Assembly: GCA_011109175.1 (NCBI GenBank)
Contig: RDEW01000010.1
Location: forward strand, 1,226,281-1,290,280
DNA from: Dicyema japonicum
Lineage: Eukaryota > Animalia > Dicyemida
Reading direction: 5' to 3'
Length of the DNA: 64,000 bases
The position numbers were made by a program, and so were the translations under genes. Under the pieces are notes generated by a model, which was not told where the DNA came from, did not search any database, and was given only the letters and a program-made list of their open reading frames with translations. Shown piece by piece: positions 38,916-52,599 of this stretch. Numbering within the stretch: position 1 is the stretch's first letter; each line of letters begins with the position of its first letter.

Positions 38916-41499
38916 CAAGGGGAGGTCGAAACCGCCAGGGAGGGCATCCTAAACCACCATACAAGCATAAAGCGGATAATTTGACTAAAGCGTAGCACTA
39001 GCGATTAAGCAAGCAATAGCGAATACAAGGGGCAATTTAAACAAAACGCAGCAGAAAATTAAATTGGAAAATATTTGAAAAAATAATTTAATTAATAAAA
39101 ATATTGTCAGTTTATTGGAAGCTACTACTATTACGAAAGGAAATATTAGCCAACAGCCCACCTTAATCGTTAATTCCAACAAAAGTAAACAACAAATAAA
39201 TAATTTAAAATTAATTTGAATAAATATGGTTCATCAATTATTATTGGCAAAATTAACAGCTCACCTAATTTGGCTTTAATGAAAGTGATATTTATTTAAA
39301 TTTTTTAATTAAAATTATTTTTGCGAATTTAATTTTTTATTATTAAAATATGCAAAAAAGGAATTTTCTAGGGGCATTTTGACTGATTTTTGGAATTTAT
39401 TCAAATAATAATAAGCACTTCCTCGTGGGCCTTAGTACTTGGGGCCATAGATGGAGGAACACAGACGTGGGAACTGGAGACTGCTAATTGTGGGGACTAG
39501 GATCACCTACGTGTTTGACTATAATGTGTCTTGTTCTCTCGGTGACCACATGATTCTAAATAAATAACAATAGCACCTGTACCCCCGCAGGTACACCCAA
39601 GACGCAATGTAATTCTCTTCCAGGATCCTTGATTGTCAGTCAGTGATCTCATGGAATTCAGGACGACTACGGTTTCAACTTCTTTTTCAGTGTTTAAGCC
39701 ATATTTAGTGAAACTGGCAGAATATTTTTACGGCTTATATTCTTGGTCATGTCTAAGAGGTTCATATCTCCAATTTTCCCCGAACCACCAGGACTTGACG
39801 AAGATACTCCGCAGATCTCCTACGTGCTAGCCAAGTGGGGTTACTAACTTAGTGATTTCTGACTCAAATTCCAAGTATTTATCTTCCAAATGGAATCTCC
39901 CAATGATCCCGCTTCAATGCATTTCTATGTCACGTGCAATGATTTAAGAAGTAAATTCAATATTGTCGATATGGGTGGACAATTTAGTTTTCCTATGCAC
40001 AAGTCAAATGTGACTACGGGAATATTACAGTCGCTATAGCCACTCCTGGATCTTCTAGACTGAGTTTGCTACTGAAAAATGCATGAAAATTGACATTTAT
40101 GCCAAAAATTGGCAGAAATACCCAAAATGATGCAATGAGCTAGGGTTTCTACTGTTTTGGTCTTTCGATACGAAAAATGTATTCAAATCACAAATCCTAA
40201 TGGTTGAGATGTCTTACTTTGACCTTCTCTGACTCCCCCACTTCTCTCGTTCTACTAGAGTAGCTCATGTGGTCCATCTGTCTCCGCGACATCCAATGCC
40301 ATGAAGGTTCTAAAATAGATCATTTTTTCACCCCACTTCATTGGAGGGGTTTCCTCAACTTCAAGAACTGGATGTTTTATTCCCTCCCCCGATTTTGGGC
40401 AGACTTGTGGGTGACAATTGAAGGTCTCTACAATCGCAGAAACTTAACTGTGACTTCTTAGTGTAGGCCAAGTGGATAAATAAAAATTGATCGACATAAG
40501 GTAAATCAGATGATCTCCCAATTTGACCGTTTATCTAGGAAAATCAGGGGGTTCTAAGCATGTTCATACAGTACAGGTCTTACAAAATTTAAAAAATAGA
40601 AGAAAAAAATTTAAGAATCAAAATTAATATTAAAGTCCTTAATTAACGTTTCTCCTTCTTCGAGTAGTGCTTTTTAAATTTTGGGCCCCAAATGAGTCTC
40701 CCCAAAAAATTGAATAACTTCCATTTAAACTTCATTTAACGTGAATTTATAAATCTGTCTTTTATAGTAAAATAAACGTGTGATGCTATTTTAGTAAGAC
40801 ACGTCTTTATTAAAATAATTGTTATTCCCTCTAAAATTGCATAATCCTGCTATTTTTGTAATTATTTGCATAAATCGCATTATAAATTACTAAATTTATG
40901 TGTCTGTATTGACTGTCGGAATTCATGTTGTTTAGTAATTTTGACTTTTGAAAACTTCCTGTACAGCTATCCTGTAAAATTGGAGTCCCTCGGACTTGTC
41001 TGCACCGACAAAGGTATGACGAGACGACTCTTTCCTGTGGAAGTGTGGGAAATGACTGGTTTAGACACCACTTGTGCCGATTACTTCTTTCTACCTTCCT
41101 GCTGACAGTTACTAATCCAAGAACACCCTCAATGAGGATCGAAACTGTTAAAGAGAAAAATACGAGATTCTTCTCTTCAAGACTGTCTCAGCCAATTCTG
41201 AGGATTTTTGGATCCAACTCGCTATCCTTCATACGTCCGTCGGATCGGATAGTAAAATGGGGTGGATAGCATAGAAAGAGTTGCTACCAGCCAATGATAG
41301 TTTTTTGTCCTCAATAAATCGACTGCATATAATCTGAAGGAGCGAGTCTTAAGATTTCATTTTATTCCCCCAGGATCACTGATTATAAGAGAAAGGAATT
41401 TCCTCACCCAACTTAATTATAAAAAATTGGTTAACCTAAAATTCCTAACTTTTTTTGGTTGAGGTGATAACGAGCCTGCTTGCAAAAATGTATTTTTTC

Positions 41500-41665
41500 A
41501 CGTTTGATATCTACCAGCTCGTTCTCTATTGGCACCCTAAATGTCAGAAGACTCAATCCTGTGCATAAAAAAACTTCAGATCGACGAGACCTTGAACGAT
41601 GCAAGCTATCCACATGTTGCCTACAGAAGACGAAAATAGCAGATAACGGAACATTGCAACTTGTA
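41500..41665 (+). mobile_element. APE endonuclease N-terminal fragment (RTE-like)
   Basis: FSIGTLNVRRL..DLERCKLSTCCLQKTKI. Confidence 0.6.
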
Positions 41666-44600
41666 ATTACTGCCTAATTACCCTCCGGACAACCTGTCGT
41701 CACTGTGGACTATATGCTGGAACGGCTAGCATCGTCCTCAGAGCGAATTGAGATTAGCTCTTCAAACCGCCAGAAAAGGGATGAAGGTCAGAGTGCCCCA
41801 TTAACAAATGTCAATGGCGATGTCGTCAGTTACACGGAAAACCCTTCGACTTAGGCAAGGGAGACAGAAGTCAGACTGATTTCATCCACCATGAAGCTAG
41901 GCAGATATTTCGTGCAATTTAGGTGTGTCACCACCTCAACCTTACCCATTTGAAATGAAATTATTCCAAAGACCAACGGTAAGATCAAATAAACTAACAC
42001 CCATGGTCCTGACGTGTCCCAGTAGAGCCCTCATCCAAGCAGTGACACAGAGGACATTGTCAAGGAAGCTGAGGTTGAAGCCAGAACTCGTCACCTTAGA
42101 GCGAAATAGTCTCAAACTATCATATTTGGCTAACCAATTTATCGTCTTAACAAGTGACGCCTTCATCACTGAACATCTCACTGCAGAACCGGATCCTCTA
42201 CAAAAAAACTCACACCCAACAAAAAGAAAAAATAAGTGAGGAGCATCCACGGTTCCCCCTCTACGATTAATTATGCTAACTGTTCTTTACTTAAATAAGT
42301 GTGTCCTGTCTGGAGGAGCTATAGGTAACATGGCTCCGCGTAAAGTGCGGTATTTAAATTAACTATGTCACTAGGACCTTAGAGTCCATGTTACTCACAT
42401 AATGACTGAATTGTGATAATCCTGGAATTATCTATTCTTCTGAGTCGAATAATAGGAAATTGACGATTTTGCACGAATTTTTATAAATTCATTTGTCTCA
42501 GTACCACTGTACTGTTCGACGATACAATCAAATCTAAGGATAAAATCTCATCAAATTTCCTTCAAGTCCACTGAACTGTTTAACTCAAAAAACTCCAAAA
42601 ATTTAAATAAACATAAATGAAGGTCAAATGTGGAAAATTAACGACCTGTTAGTAACATCAGCCTTACGAGCTGTTGACTATGAGGGTTTTTTTGGTATAA
42701 CCCTTTATTTCTTCCAAAGTCAAAATTTTCCCCTAAATAATGGTTAAAGGAGAATTACAGTTCTAATCCATTCCAATAATCTGTGACGTGTCCAAAACTC
42801 GCCTAAAATAATTTATGTCCAAAACTCTGATTTGAATCCGCCATTTTTCTAGGGCATCAATCCAATTATTAAGGATTCACGTAATTATAATAAAAATTAT
42901 ATTACATTTTTTTGTTTAAAATAAATATTAATTTAAAAATTTAACTAATTTAATATTATTATTTAATTGTTTGCATGCCCTGTTTAACTCCTTCAGTGTT
43001 CTGGACAAATACTGAGATTACGAGTATTCAGAAAAAGGAGTACAAAATGACAGATCATTGGATCACTTGGAAGAAACTTGTCTCGTCAAATACTCCGGAA
43101 GCCCAGTGACAGTCACTGTAAGCGATGTTGGAAGGCAGGGCGGTCAGTATCAAATCTCATAATATCCTTCTTTTGATTATTTCAGTTCGAACCTCAAAAT
43201 GTGTGAGTTGTGGGAAAGTAGGGTGGTCAAGGCCAGCTGTCAAGGTCAATAGATAAATAACTGGGCTTTGTGATTGTGATTATCCAAGACGTGAGATTCA
43301 AAACAGCGTCAATTTCCTTTGTCGGAGATTTCATTCTTCGTCACTCTCAGAAGAGTCCACAAGAAGCAATGACTGTGATCTCCTGCATTTCTGCAAAGAA
43401 CCAAGAAACTCGTTTTGTAACGAAATCGTTCATGTGGAGGAATCTAGATCAACCCTGAGAAGGGAACCCCTATTGAGTTTCTTTACAGACATTTGCGAGG
43501 GTACTTCTAGAAAACTGTAGGATCGCTGGTGGACCATTCTAGAAGAATTCTGAAATTGCGAGAGGCTGAGATTAGTAGTTAGTTTTGTCTACCACCTCCC
43601 TTCTCGGTGGTCTTTGGGTGAGAGACTGGAGTTATCAGCCAACACACTGCAATGGAGGTTGAAAACCTCTCAGGAACAGGGAGATGAGAGGTGCCAACTA
43701 GAAATGCCTGTTCAAGAACATTGGGGTTGTGGTATGAAGGGGTATCTCTACATCTACCCTGGCTGCTTGTGGTTCCTACTAAGGGGCTTCATTTGACTTA
43801 AAGAAATCAAACAAACCTCTCTATTTTGAATTTTAGGACGATGACTTGCGGAGGAGCTCAACATGTCTCCCAATGTTTCCTAAATAAGCTAAGCGAGAAA
43901 CTTACATTTCTGATATACTGGGGTCCGCTAATGGGGGGACACATTTCTCAAAATTACAACTTTCGCTAATTTAGAGCCAATTATTGGGGTATTTGATTCT
44001 TGCAGTGGAATTTGGTTTGTCCAAATAGCTTAAAGCACTACAGTCGTCCCCCATGATGAATTTTCTGGAGAACTCATTTTCCTAAGAAGTTGTTGTCTCC
44101 CTTACGAATGATTTAAAGGAGGAAAATTTATTCCTCTAATCCCCCTTAAATTGGAAACCCATTTTATTAGTTGATTTACAATTTAGCGGAATTAAACGGG
44201 AATGAAAGAAATGAGGTGGGTCCTGAGCAACCCTTTTTCTGAGAGGAGGAAGGTTGTTAAGACGATTAAAATAGGTAAATGTCCCAGTGGTTCAGAGTGA
44301 GCAGAGATTTCGAGCATCTCTTCAGAAATGATAATGTCCACAAGGTAAATGGCGAGTGCTACTCTGATGACCTTGGGAGTTTGGATTCTGAAGTATTTAT
44401 CTTAGAGTGTACCCATAATGATTTACTGTCTCTCAGGGTTGTTTGACACGAACAGACAAAAGGTCGTGAAGTCTTTCGGCCCAGGTGAGATTATTCGGCG
44501 GAATGAAGATTTTAAGAGTGTTCTTAGGAGGTCAGTAGGGATCCTTTTGTTCTTGCGATTAATGGATTAACGTAGTGGGAAACTTGGGTGATTAAAAAAA

Positions 44601-45749
44601 AGTCAAGTAAACTGCATTTCTAGTTGATCATTAATGGCAGGATCTCGGTCTCCCAGTGTAGTGGTCAACGGGGGTAGATTTTAAGCAACCCGTTATAGAT
44701 CTCAAACCTTATTTTTGTAGCTTTTGTAGGAGTGTGAGTGATATGCATGAGACCCAGTTTGGGGAACCATAATTAAACGTCGTCAAATGAATTACTCTTT
44801 TTGAAGCCCGTCGTAGCCGAAATATCGAAGATTTCTAAAACCCAAATCGCTACGCCGTTATCAATATCTCTATCGGAACCTGATTGCTTAGTATGACTTT
44901 CACGCATCCAAAAATAAAATATGTTAAGAACGACAACTTCCTACGATTGCTCAGCATAACTGTTTTTTTTCTTCTTAAAATAAAGCGTGTCCTCCAAAGT
45001 GGAGGTTTATTGTGTAAATATTACAACGTTTTTATAAAAGGGGTCATTTTTTGGTTACTATGTAGAATTAAAAAAATCACTAGTAATCCTGCACAAAATT
45101 TAAAAGACGAAATATCTAAGCCTAGTGGCAGGACTAAGATAATACACCCTCCAATAAAATTTAATGATTGAAGGAATAGACATGAAAAGCCACGCACTTC
45201 TCAATCAGGAACATCGATGCATTCCGTAGCCACATTGATTTATATCCAAACCTGTTGTCATAGCAACCAAGTGCATTCATACGAATTTCGTTTCATTTGA
45301 AAGTATAAAAGAGTTATTCCTATGGTTTATTTATCATGGAAAATGTCAAATCTTAAATTAGCACAAAAATAACACGTGAATGACAGCCAACTAAAACTAT
45401 TAGAGAATAAAAAAAATATCATCAAAACGGTTACTTAAAATAACTACAAAATATCACCAAGATCACCTTAGTAAATATATATGAAATAGGTTATATCCAG
45501 CTACCTAGGTCAGAGTGTGACACATTCCTTCCAAGCATCCGCTATTTTAAAAACCCTTCTACTGTAGTAGTGAAGAGAGGGATAAGGCGAGTTCTGAGTT
45601 ATGTGAATTTCATACGGCGTATAAGGGAATTGAAAAGGCAAAGAAGAGAGGGGAAGTTGTTAGTCCTAATAGGCAGTTATCGAGGAATCGATCCCATAGC
45701 TAAATGGGACGAGAATAACATCACTAAACACTACGATGACTATAATAAG

Positions 45750-47750
45750 TAGGGCAATAAATTGCAATTAAATATAATTTAATAAAAGTTAGATAAATTA
45801 AAGTAACGAATAATAATTAATAAAGTAGTTAATAATAATTAATTTTAGTTATATTTTTTCAATTTAAAATTGCAACTTTTGGCAATTTTAGTCAATGTTT
45901 GAAATTTTTTGCAATTATTTTTCAAATAAAATTTTTTTTAAATAATTTAAAATTAATTCTTTTTATGCAAAAAAAATTCACAAAGTTTGTTATTGACGAA
46001 GAGGGGAATTTATTTTGTTCCAATTGCTCGACTGTTGTATGATGTGACGCAAAATTTTTTGTTGACGCAAATCGTTCTTTAAAAAGTCATTTGAAAGAGC
46101 ACAGTATTTTTCTGAGTTTAAAATTATACAAGAGTCCAACCCATCTCAGAGTTCACAAACATTCACTTCCGAGATAACCGATACTCGGAAAACTTGGGCT
46201 ATGAAAGTAACAGAAGCATTTTTGGAGGCAAATATCCCAATTTGCAGCTTCGACTGCGGAAAACCTAAAAATCAAGAAATATGCTTGCCTCGGGGATCGC
46301 TACCGATTTACTCCTGTTGCGACCAAATCATCGGGAGCCGTTGGTCCAATGACGGCTGAATTCTTGCAAGAACTCGGAGGATTGCTTGCCAGAAAGAAAA
46401 GGGATCAACGAGAAGGGTTATGGCTAAGACAAAAGATAGGAATAGCCATACTCTGAGGGAACTCGTTCGCAATCCACGCAGCAGGCTTCCTCAACTGACA
46501 TTTGTTTAATTGTTAAAAAAATTTTTTTGTTTAAAAAAAAAATTTACAACATGAGACACCCTTCTCTCATACACCTTTTTGAAGATGAAACATATCATTT
46601 GCCATCCGAATAGGTCAAATATAAAAAGAAATCTCAAAATGTAAAATAGATACTATTCAGAATCAATTAATGTTATTTTTTGAAGTTATTTAATAGTGGG
46701 GAAAATGTTTTTCTGGTTTGTGATGAAGCTCAAGTCAACGGAACTCGCTTTTTAATTACTCTGATTAGGAAAATCTCCGCTCCGAAAAATCTTCATCAAC
46801 CTACATTCTCCGCCTACCACTTCAACAATTGGTGTTGAAGTTGATGAAATAATGAAAAAATTTTCAATTGAACGTGAAAAATTCGTCTTATTCGCCACAG
46901 ATGCCAAAAAATATGACACGTGGTAGGAATAAATCTAATTTTAGCTGGGACATCAATGAAATTTTTATATCCAAATCCTTTTCACATCACTGTGTTCCAC
47001 GTCTGTTACACAATTGTGCTCTAATAATAAAATCTTACTTCACAGATGTTGCCAACCTGATTTCTTCTGTAAGGGCTGCCACGGTGAAGAACAATAGACG
47101 CTGTTAAATGTTCTCACAAATAGGAAATCCACCCTAAGTTGTTGTCACAAGATGTGGAAGCTGGCAAAAAGCAGACAAATATTACTCCCAAAGTCTTCCA
47201 GAAATTATTAAAATTGTCTCTGAATTTAAAGGAGATGGAGTTTTAATCAAAAATGTTTCGATTTTAATTATTTTAGGCCAAAGAATCAGTTAATATTCCC
47301 ACTTTTTTTTCAAGTTTAACCAAACTCAGCTCAAACTATTTGATTTTAATTGAAATAATTTAAATACCTAACTACTCGATTATTCAATTGAAAAATCTTA
47401 TGCAGATCTGAACATATAGAATTTTCATCTGATCGGTGCAATATATATATCAAAAAAGCTTCAGAAATATGGGATACTAAGTATTCTTGATTTCTCAAAA
47501 AAAATATTTCGCCAGAATTTTACTTATACCTTCGAAATTGTTGTGGAAGCTCAGCCTCAGTTAAAAGGGCGATATTCTTTTGACGAGAATTCTTACTAAA
47601 AATCGAAACTTTAAACGTGAAAATGTTCAGGAATATTTAATTTCTTATTACAATAAATGATTTCGTTTATTTTTCCACACTGCAATTTTTACAATTAAAA
47701 AATTTTATTTGCAATTTTTAGTTTGAAATTGCAATTTTCTGGTTGCCTTA
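45750..47750 (+). mobile_element. hAT-like (DUF659 type) transposon, decayed, near-perfect 8-bp TSD
   Basis: Zn-finger-like GNLFCSNC..CD..H, AFLEANIPIYKMRHP, FATDA, H.LLHNCA, VVTRCGSW; ends tagggcaa / ttgcctta; flanks ATAATAAG (45742-45749) and ATAATAAA (47751-47758). Confidence 0.8.
46244..46540 (+). mobile_element. CRE-like RLE 3' insertion interrupting the hAT ORF
   Basis: Close relative of 28434-28788; flanked by aattt on both sides; the copy at ~52230 shows the uninterrupted cccaatttacaaaatgag junction. Confidence 0.9.
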
Positions 47751-47820
47751 ATAATAAATAACAAAAACAGTCAATATAAAGAAAAATCATTAATTTAATA
47801 GAAACAAATTAATTTATAAT

Positions 47821-49013
47821 CTATTGAGATGAACATTGGGTAGTATGTCCCCTAAACTGCTGCCTGTCATCCCCATCGTCATCATCATCAGATCCGTAGC
47901 TGCGCGTGGGTCGATGGAACTCTTCCATTTCCACCTTAACAGCACTGGGATCAACTTCATTGCTGTCACGCATGCCATCTCCAAGCAGAGCTTTCAGAGC
48001 CTACTCATCAACCCTAAATACTACCAGAATATCAGAATCGAGGCAAATCAGGAGAAGGATAGTCCACGTCAAATTTGATTATCAAATTCCCGCGATGTTT
48101 CTCAGAAGAAGGCATTCCTTCTCTGGCGACGACTTTGACATCCCCTACAGTAAATAGCCAATAAAAACCCTGTCTTATCATTTTGCTGATTTTTACTAGG
48201 AAAACCGATCCGTCCAGTCTTTTAACGGGGAATTTCACACCACAGAGTGCCTCAGTCATGCACACATTCTTCTCCATGTAAAGATTCCCGTCAACGTATT
48301 TAAACGTCTCATGGGGTTTCAACTCCACCTTAATAACAAGATCCCCTGGCTCCATTCCAGGCTAAACTGAGCTCAAACAAAATACGTTATGATCACCTTC
48401 ACCATTCAAGGTAATATTCGTGTCATCACAGGCTCCTCTGGGAAAAGTTACCTCCACTGTTTTTGAGTCAGGGACGACTTGGTTTCCTTGGCATTCCTCG
48501 CAAATGTCGTGACTTTCTACCGTGGTACCTATCATGCTGAGAAACTGGCGAACCCTGGCCTCTGCAGTCATCACATATCCCCTGGGTCTGAGACACCATC
48601 CCAGGCCCAACCCTATGCACGTGTAGCACGACCCCCTTTCCACGACACTGGGTACAAGTGGTATTGGCACCTGACTTACTCCCAGTCCTACAATATTATG
48701 ATTAAAGTAAAATATGAAAGGAAGTAAACCCAACCCATTGCAAGAAGAGCAGACTTTCTTACGTTTTATTAGCAACTTGGTTTTCTTCCCTTTGAAAGAA
48801 TCCTCCAAGGATAGCCTGGAAATGAAAGTTAAGATGACTTGAATGGAAGTACGGTTGTCTTAGTTTTGCGGGGACCTCTAGATCTGCTAGAACGAGAACG
48901 GCCAAAAAATTGGTCAAAAATTCCACCTCCAAAAGGGACCCAAATCCGCTACTAAACACTAAGCCTATTAACTCAACATTACTTTCATCTCCATCATCAA
49001 AAAAGCCAGACAT
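47821..49013 (-). CDS. DNAJA: Type I Hsp40 (DNAJA-like), no visible J-domain, one apparent frameshift
   Basis: GGGIFDQFFG..LSLEDSFKG..CSSCNG|TG..CTQCRGKG..GPGMVSQTQGICDDCRGQ|G..CEECQG..GEGDHN|PGMEPGDL..EALCG..EGMP..RGNLIIKFDVDYP..QCSSQ*; frame break near 48045. Confidence 0.88.
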
Positions 49014-49179
49014 TAGAATACTACCACTTCACGAACGTAACCACGAGTGATAATTTAAATTTCTTCTGGAAAATTCTAGAATTAATAAATTAAAAATATA
49101 AAATTATTTAATTAACAAAAATCGTTTATTTATTATTTATTTGTCGTTTAATTCAGATGTATTATTAAATTATTAAAAA

Positions 49180-50690
49180 GCACTTTCAGAACCAAAGAAC
49201 GTTATATTAACTAAGGTCCCGTTAGTGCCACACGTTTCACAATCTGCTTCACTAGGCGTCTCCATCGCCCTCTGCTTTGCGCATCTGTCCTTAGATCTTC
49301 TAGGTCTGCAGATTTAAGATTTCTTTTAATCCCATTAAGATCCTTGTTCAGAGCCACGGGTAGAGTGACTCTGGGTCTTCCTCTGAATGATGGTTTGTTC
49401 TCATTGTTAAAGTAATTGTCCATTATTATATTTGCAGGGGCGTTTATGTCCATTCTGAGCACGTGCCCGAACAGTCTCCGCCTTGATTTAATAATGTCGA
49501 TGCTTATTGGCCTCAGATGTAGCTTCAATATAAATTATTTTTTCGAACATATGCGCATAATTTCACCTTGGAAATCCTATTNACTCTGGGTCTTCCTCTG
49601 AATGATGGTTTGTTCTCATTGTAATTGTCCATCATTATATTTGCAGGGGCGTTTATGTCTAATCTAAGCACGTCCCCAAACAGTCTCCATCTAGATTCAA
49701 TAATATCGATGCTTACTGGCCTCGATTGTGCCACAGAGTATAATTTCTTATTTGAAATCTTCTTGAATCAACCTAGGCCCATTAAATTGCGTAATTGTTT
49801 TCGATGAAATATATCCATTTTCTTAAGCTCTAGCTCTGTGACCAGCCATCTACCCGAGTTGTATAGTCTCATTCTTAGGTTTGTTTTTATTAGTTTTCGT
49901 CGACTCCATATCTTCTGCATTTTCTTATACATGGCAGTGGCTAGAACTCTTTTATACATCATGTCCTCACTATCACTAAGTAAGGATTCCAATTTCCTTT
50001 TTTTCCTCCAATTTTCATCAATATATATTAATTCCCTTGTGATTCTTATGTGTTCAGTTTTTTGATTAACTCGCAGAGACCAATTCTTCAATTCTCCTGG
50101 GATTTTCTCTAAAGCAATACTAAGTTCCAGATCATTTTCTGACACAAAATCATCTGCATATATAATCTCCATCGGCATGCATCCTTCACATTTTGAAACT
50201 CCCAGGAAACTCTATCCTCATAAAAGAAACTCCCAGCAACGTCAACAATGTTTTTCTGTTGACATTGTCAAACGCACTGGACATGTCCACTCCCAGAATC
50301 CTAAAATCACTTCTGTATCGTTGACACATGGCACATATCCACCTATGGGACCAAACAGCATCTGCTGTCGAGCGTACCCGTCTGAACTGTCAAACGCACT
50401 GGACATGTCCACTCCCAGAATCCTAAAATCACTCCTGTATCGTTGACACATGGCACATATCCACCTATGGGACCAAACAGCATCTGCTGTCGAGCGTACC
50501 CGTCTGAACCTACTCTGTCCCGGCGACAAAAATTCATAAACATTAGAAGATATCCGACTAAGGTTATCAGAGATAGTATCTTCCTAGATGTTCCCAGTAA
50601 TATCACTAGTCTTAAATTTTTAATCGGTTTCTTTTCTCCTGGTTTATGCAGAGGAATCAAAATTCTATCACCAAGTTTCAAGGGGGAATG
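49180..50690 (-). mobile_element. RTE LINE remnants; duplicated 3' segment across an N
   Basis: RRLFGHVLRMD..FRGRPRVTLP, IIYADD, GVDMSSAFD, LIPLHKPG; ~49370-49530 repeated at ~49583-49740. Confidence 0.85.
50266..50509. repeat. Tandem duplication, 2 x 122 bp, near-identical
   Basis: Units start at 50266 and 50388; one difference seen (cttct/ctcct). Confidence 0.95.
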
Positions 50691-50699
50691 CGTCTCAAA

Positions 50700-50900
50700 T
50701 TATTATTAAGGCACTTTCACGAAAGCCATAATGTTTATAGCCCCGCATGTGCAACACTCATATTAACAATATTTATAGTTAATCTCTTCCATCTTCCTTT
50801 GTCAAATGCTAGTGATCTCAATTCGTCCAGGTCGTCCCTCGTCTTTAGATTTTTTCTCACACTTTTTTTTGTGAGGTGGTGGTGTGCCTTGTTTCTTAAT
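50700..50900 (-). mobile_element. RTE LINE 3' end
   Basis: KNLKTRDDLDELRSLAFDKGRWKRLT..AHAGL*; 3' UTR similar to 55865-55915. Confidence 0.75.
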
Positions 50901-50949
50901 TGGATAACAGTTGAGAAAAATGTCTGAAAAACACTCATTATACAATCGA

Positions 50950-51140
50950 GAACTCAGGCTAATGACGTTCAACGTACGTGGAATATCGAAAGATTGGAAA
51001 GTACTTTGTGACGATCTCGAGAAATACAAAATATCTATTGGCTGCCTACAAGAGACGAAAATCGAAAATGGACGCGATCAGACATGGAACAACTGATTCT
51101 CTTCCCAACTGAATGCAAGCACTACGGCATGGGATTAAAG
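50950..51140 (+). mobile_element. APE endonuclease N-terminal fragment (RTE-like)
   Basis: LRLMTFNVRGI..DLEKYKISIGCLQETKI..CKHYGMG. Confidence 0.75.
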
Positions 51141-51204
51141 AAAGCGAAGAGTAATATAATAACTGGATACAATTCCGTGGACGTTTTATGGAAAACAAGA
51201 GCAG

Positions 51205-51805
51205 TTGCTAATACAGGAACTTCTATTTTCTAACGGGTCTGCCTCCGAATTCGTACTGAGGATCGGGTTGACACTGCGCCTAGGACTGGACATATGCCAG
51301 AGACACAAATTCCGTTGCGGAGGGGACGTTGATACGAAAGGCTTACATCCACTCCATTGCCGACGAAGCGCTAATCGAGCCCCGCGTCACGCAGCCTTCA
51401 ATAACATCATTTTTCGAGCCCTCAAGGCCGCGGGATTTCCGGCCTAATTGAAACCTTTGGGCTTAGACAGATGCGACGGGAAGAGGACGTTATTCCCAAA
51501 CTCCCACGGAAAATCACTCGTCTGGGACGCAACGTGTGTGGACACTTTCTCAGGGGCCAGATCGCTGACGGCGACGCACTCTACTGGAGACGCAGTAAAT
51601 ACGAATCCCTCGAAGACCAATACCATTTCACCCACATTGCTGTGAAGACAACTGGAACCGTAGGAGCGCAGACGGACGCCTTTCTCTCCAGAATTGGAAC
51701 TAACTAGCCTCAAAAAGGTGTGAGCCACGGGAGAGGCTCTGGTTGAGGCTGAGGCTCGAAATGTCGATTATCAGAGGTAACGCCTTCTCCACTCTGTCGT
51801 CTTAG
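51205..51805 (+). mobile_element. Longest CRE-like fragment (zinc knuckle + RLE)
   Basis: LRLGLDICQRHKFRCGGDVDTKGLHPLHC..RHAAFNNII.RAL..LGLDRCDGK..LVWDATCVDTF..KYESL..MSIIRGNAFSTLSS*. Confidence 0.88.
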
Positions 51806-51944
51806 TTATTTATAATTTTAAAAAGATAAATTTTTCATAAAAAATTGAAAATAATCAAAATAATTTAAAATTAATTAAGAATAAAAAGTTAAAAAGAAAC
51901 GTGCTATAATTTTTTCTTGTATCAGTAAAAGGACTAATTCACAG

Positions 51945-52590
51945 AAAATTTCTTTTTATGCAAAAAAATTCTCAAGTTTGTTATTGACGGAGAGAGGAAT
52001 TTATTTTGTTTAAATTGCTCGACTGTTGTACGATGTGACACAAATCTTTTGTTGACGCACATCGTTCTACAAAAAGACATTTGAAAGGGCACAGTATTTT
52101 TTCTGAGTTTAAAATTATAGAATAATCCAACCCATCTCAGAGTTCACAAACATCTTTTCCGAAATAACCGATACTTTGAAAACTTGGGCTATGAAAGTAA
52201 CAGAAACATTTTTGGAGGCAAATATCCCAATTTACAAAATGAGCCAAATATAACTCCCAGAATCTTCAGAAATTATTAAAATTGTCTCTGAATTTGAAGG
52301 AGATGGAATTTTAATCAAAAATGTTTCGATCCTTAATTATTTTAGGCCAAAGAATCAGTTAATATTCCCACGATGTTTTCAAGTTTAACCGAAATCAGCT
52401 CAAACTATTTGGTTTTTATTAAAGTGATTTAAAATACTGAACTACTCGATTATTCAATTGAAAATCTTATGCAGATCTGAACAGCATAGAATTTTCATCA
52501 GATCGTGCAATTTAAAAAATTATATATCAGAAAAGCTGTAAAATCTGGGATACTAAGTATTCTTGATTTCTCAAATAAAAATATTTTGCC
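51945..52590 (+). mobile_element. Internally deleted copy of the 45750-47750 hAT
   Basis: Aligns with ~45958-46243, then jumps to ~47175-47490. Confidence 0.9.
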
Positions 52591-52599
52591 AGAAAGTAG

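Noticed and set aside
40260-40560. Leucine-rich-repeat gene fragment
   Set aside because: Only two weak motifs (LEGFPQLQELDV, IEGLYN) in broken frames
43950-44560. Cyclic-nucleotide-binding domain gene
   Set aside because: Resemblance limited to short GE-containing peptides; too decayed to support
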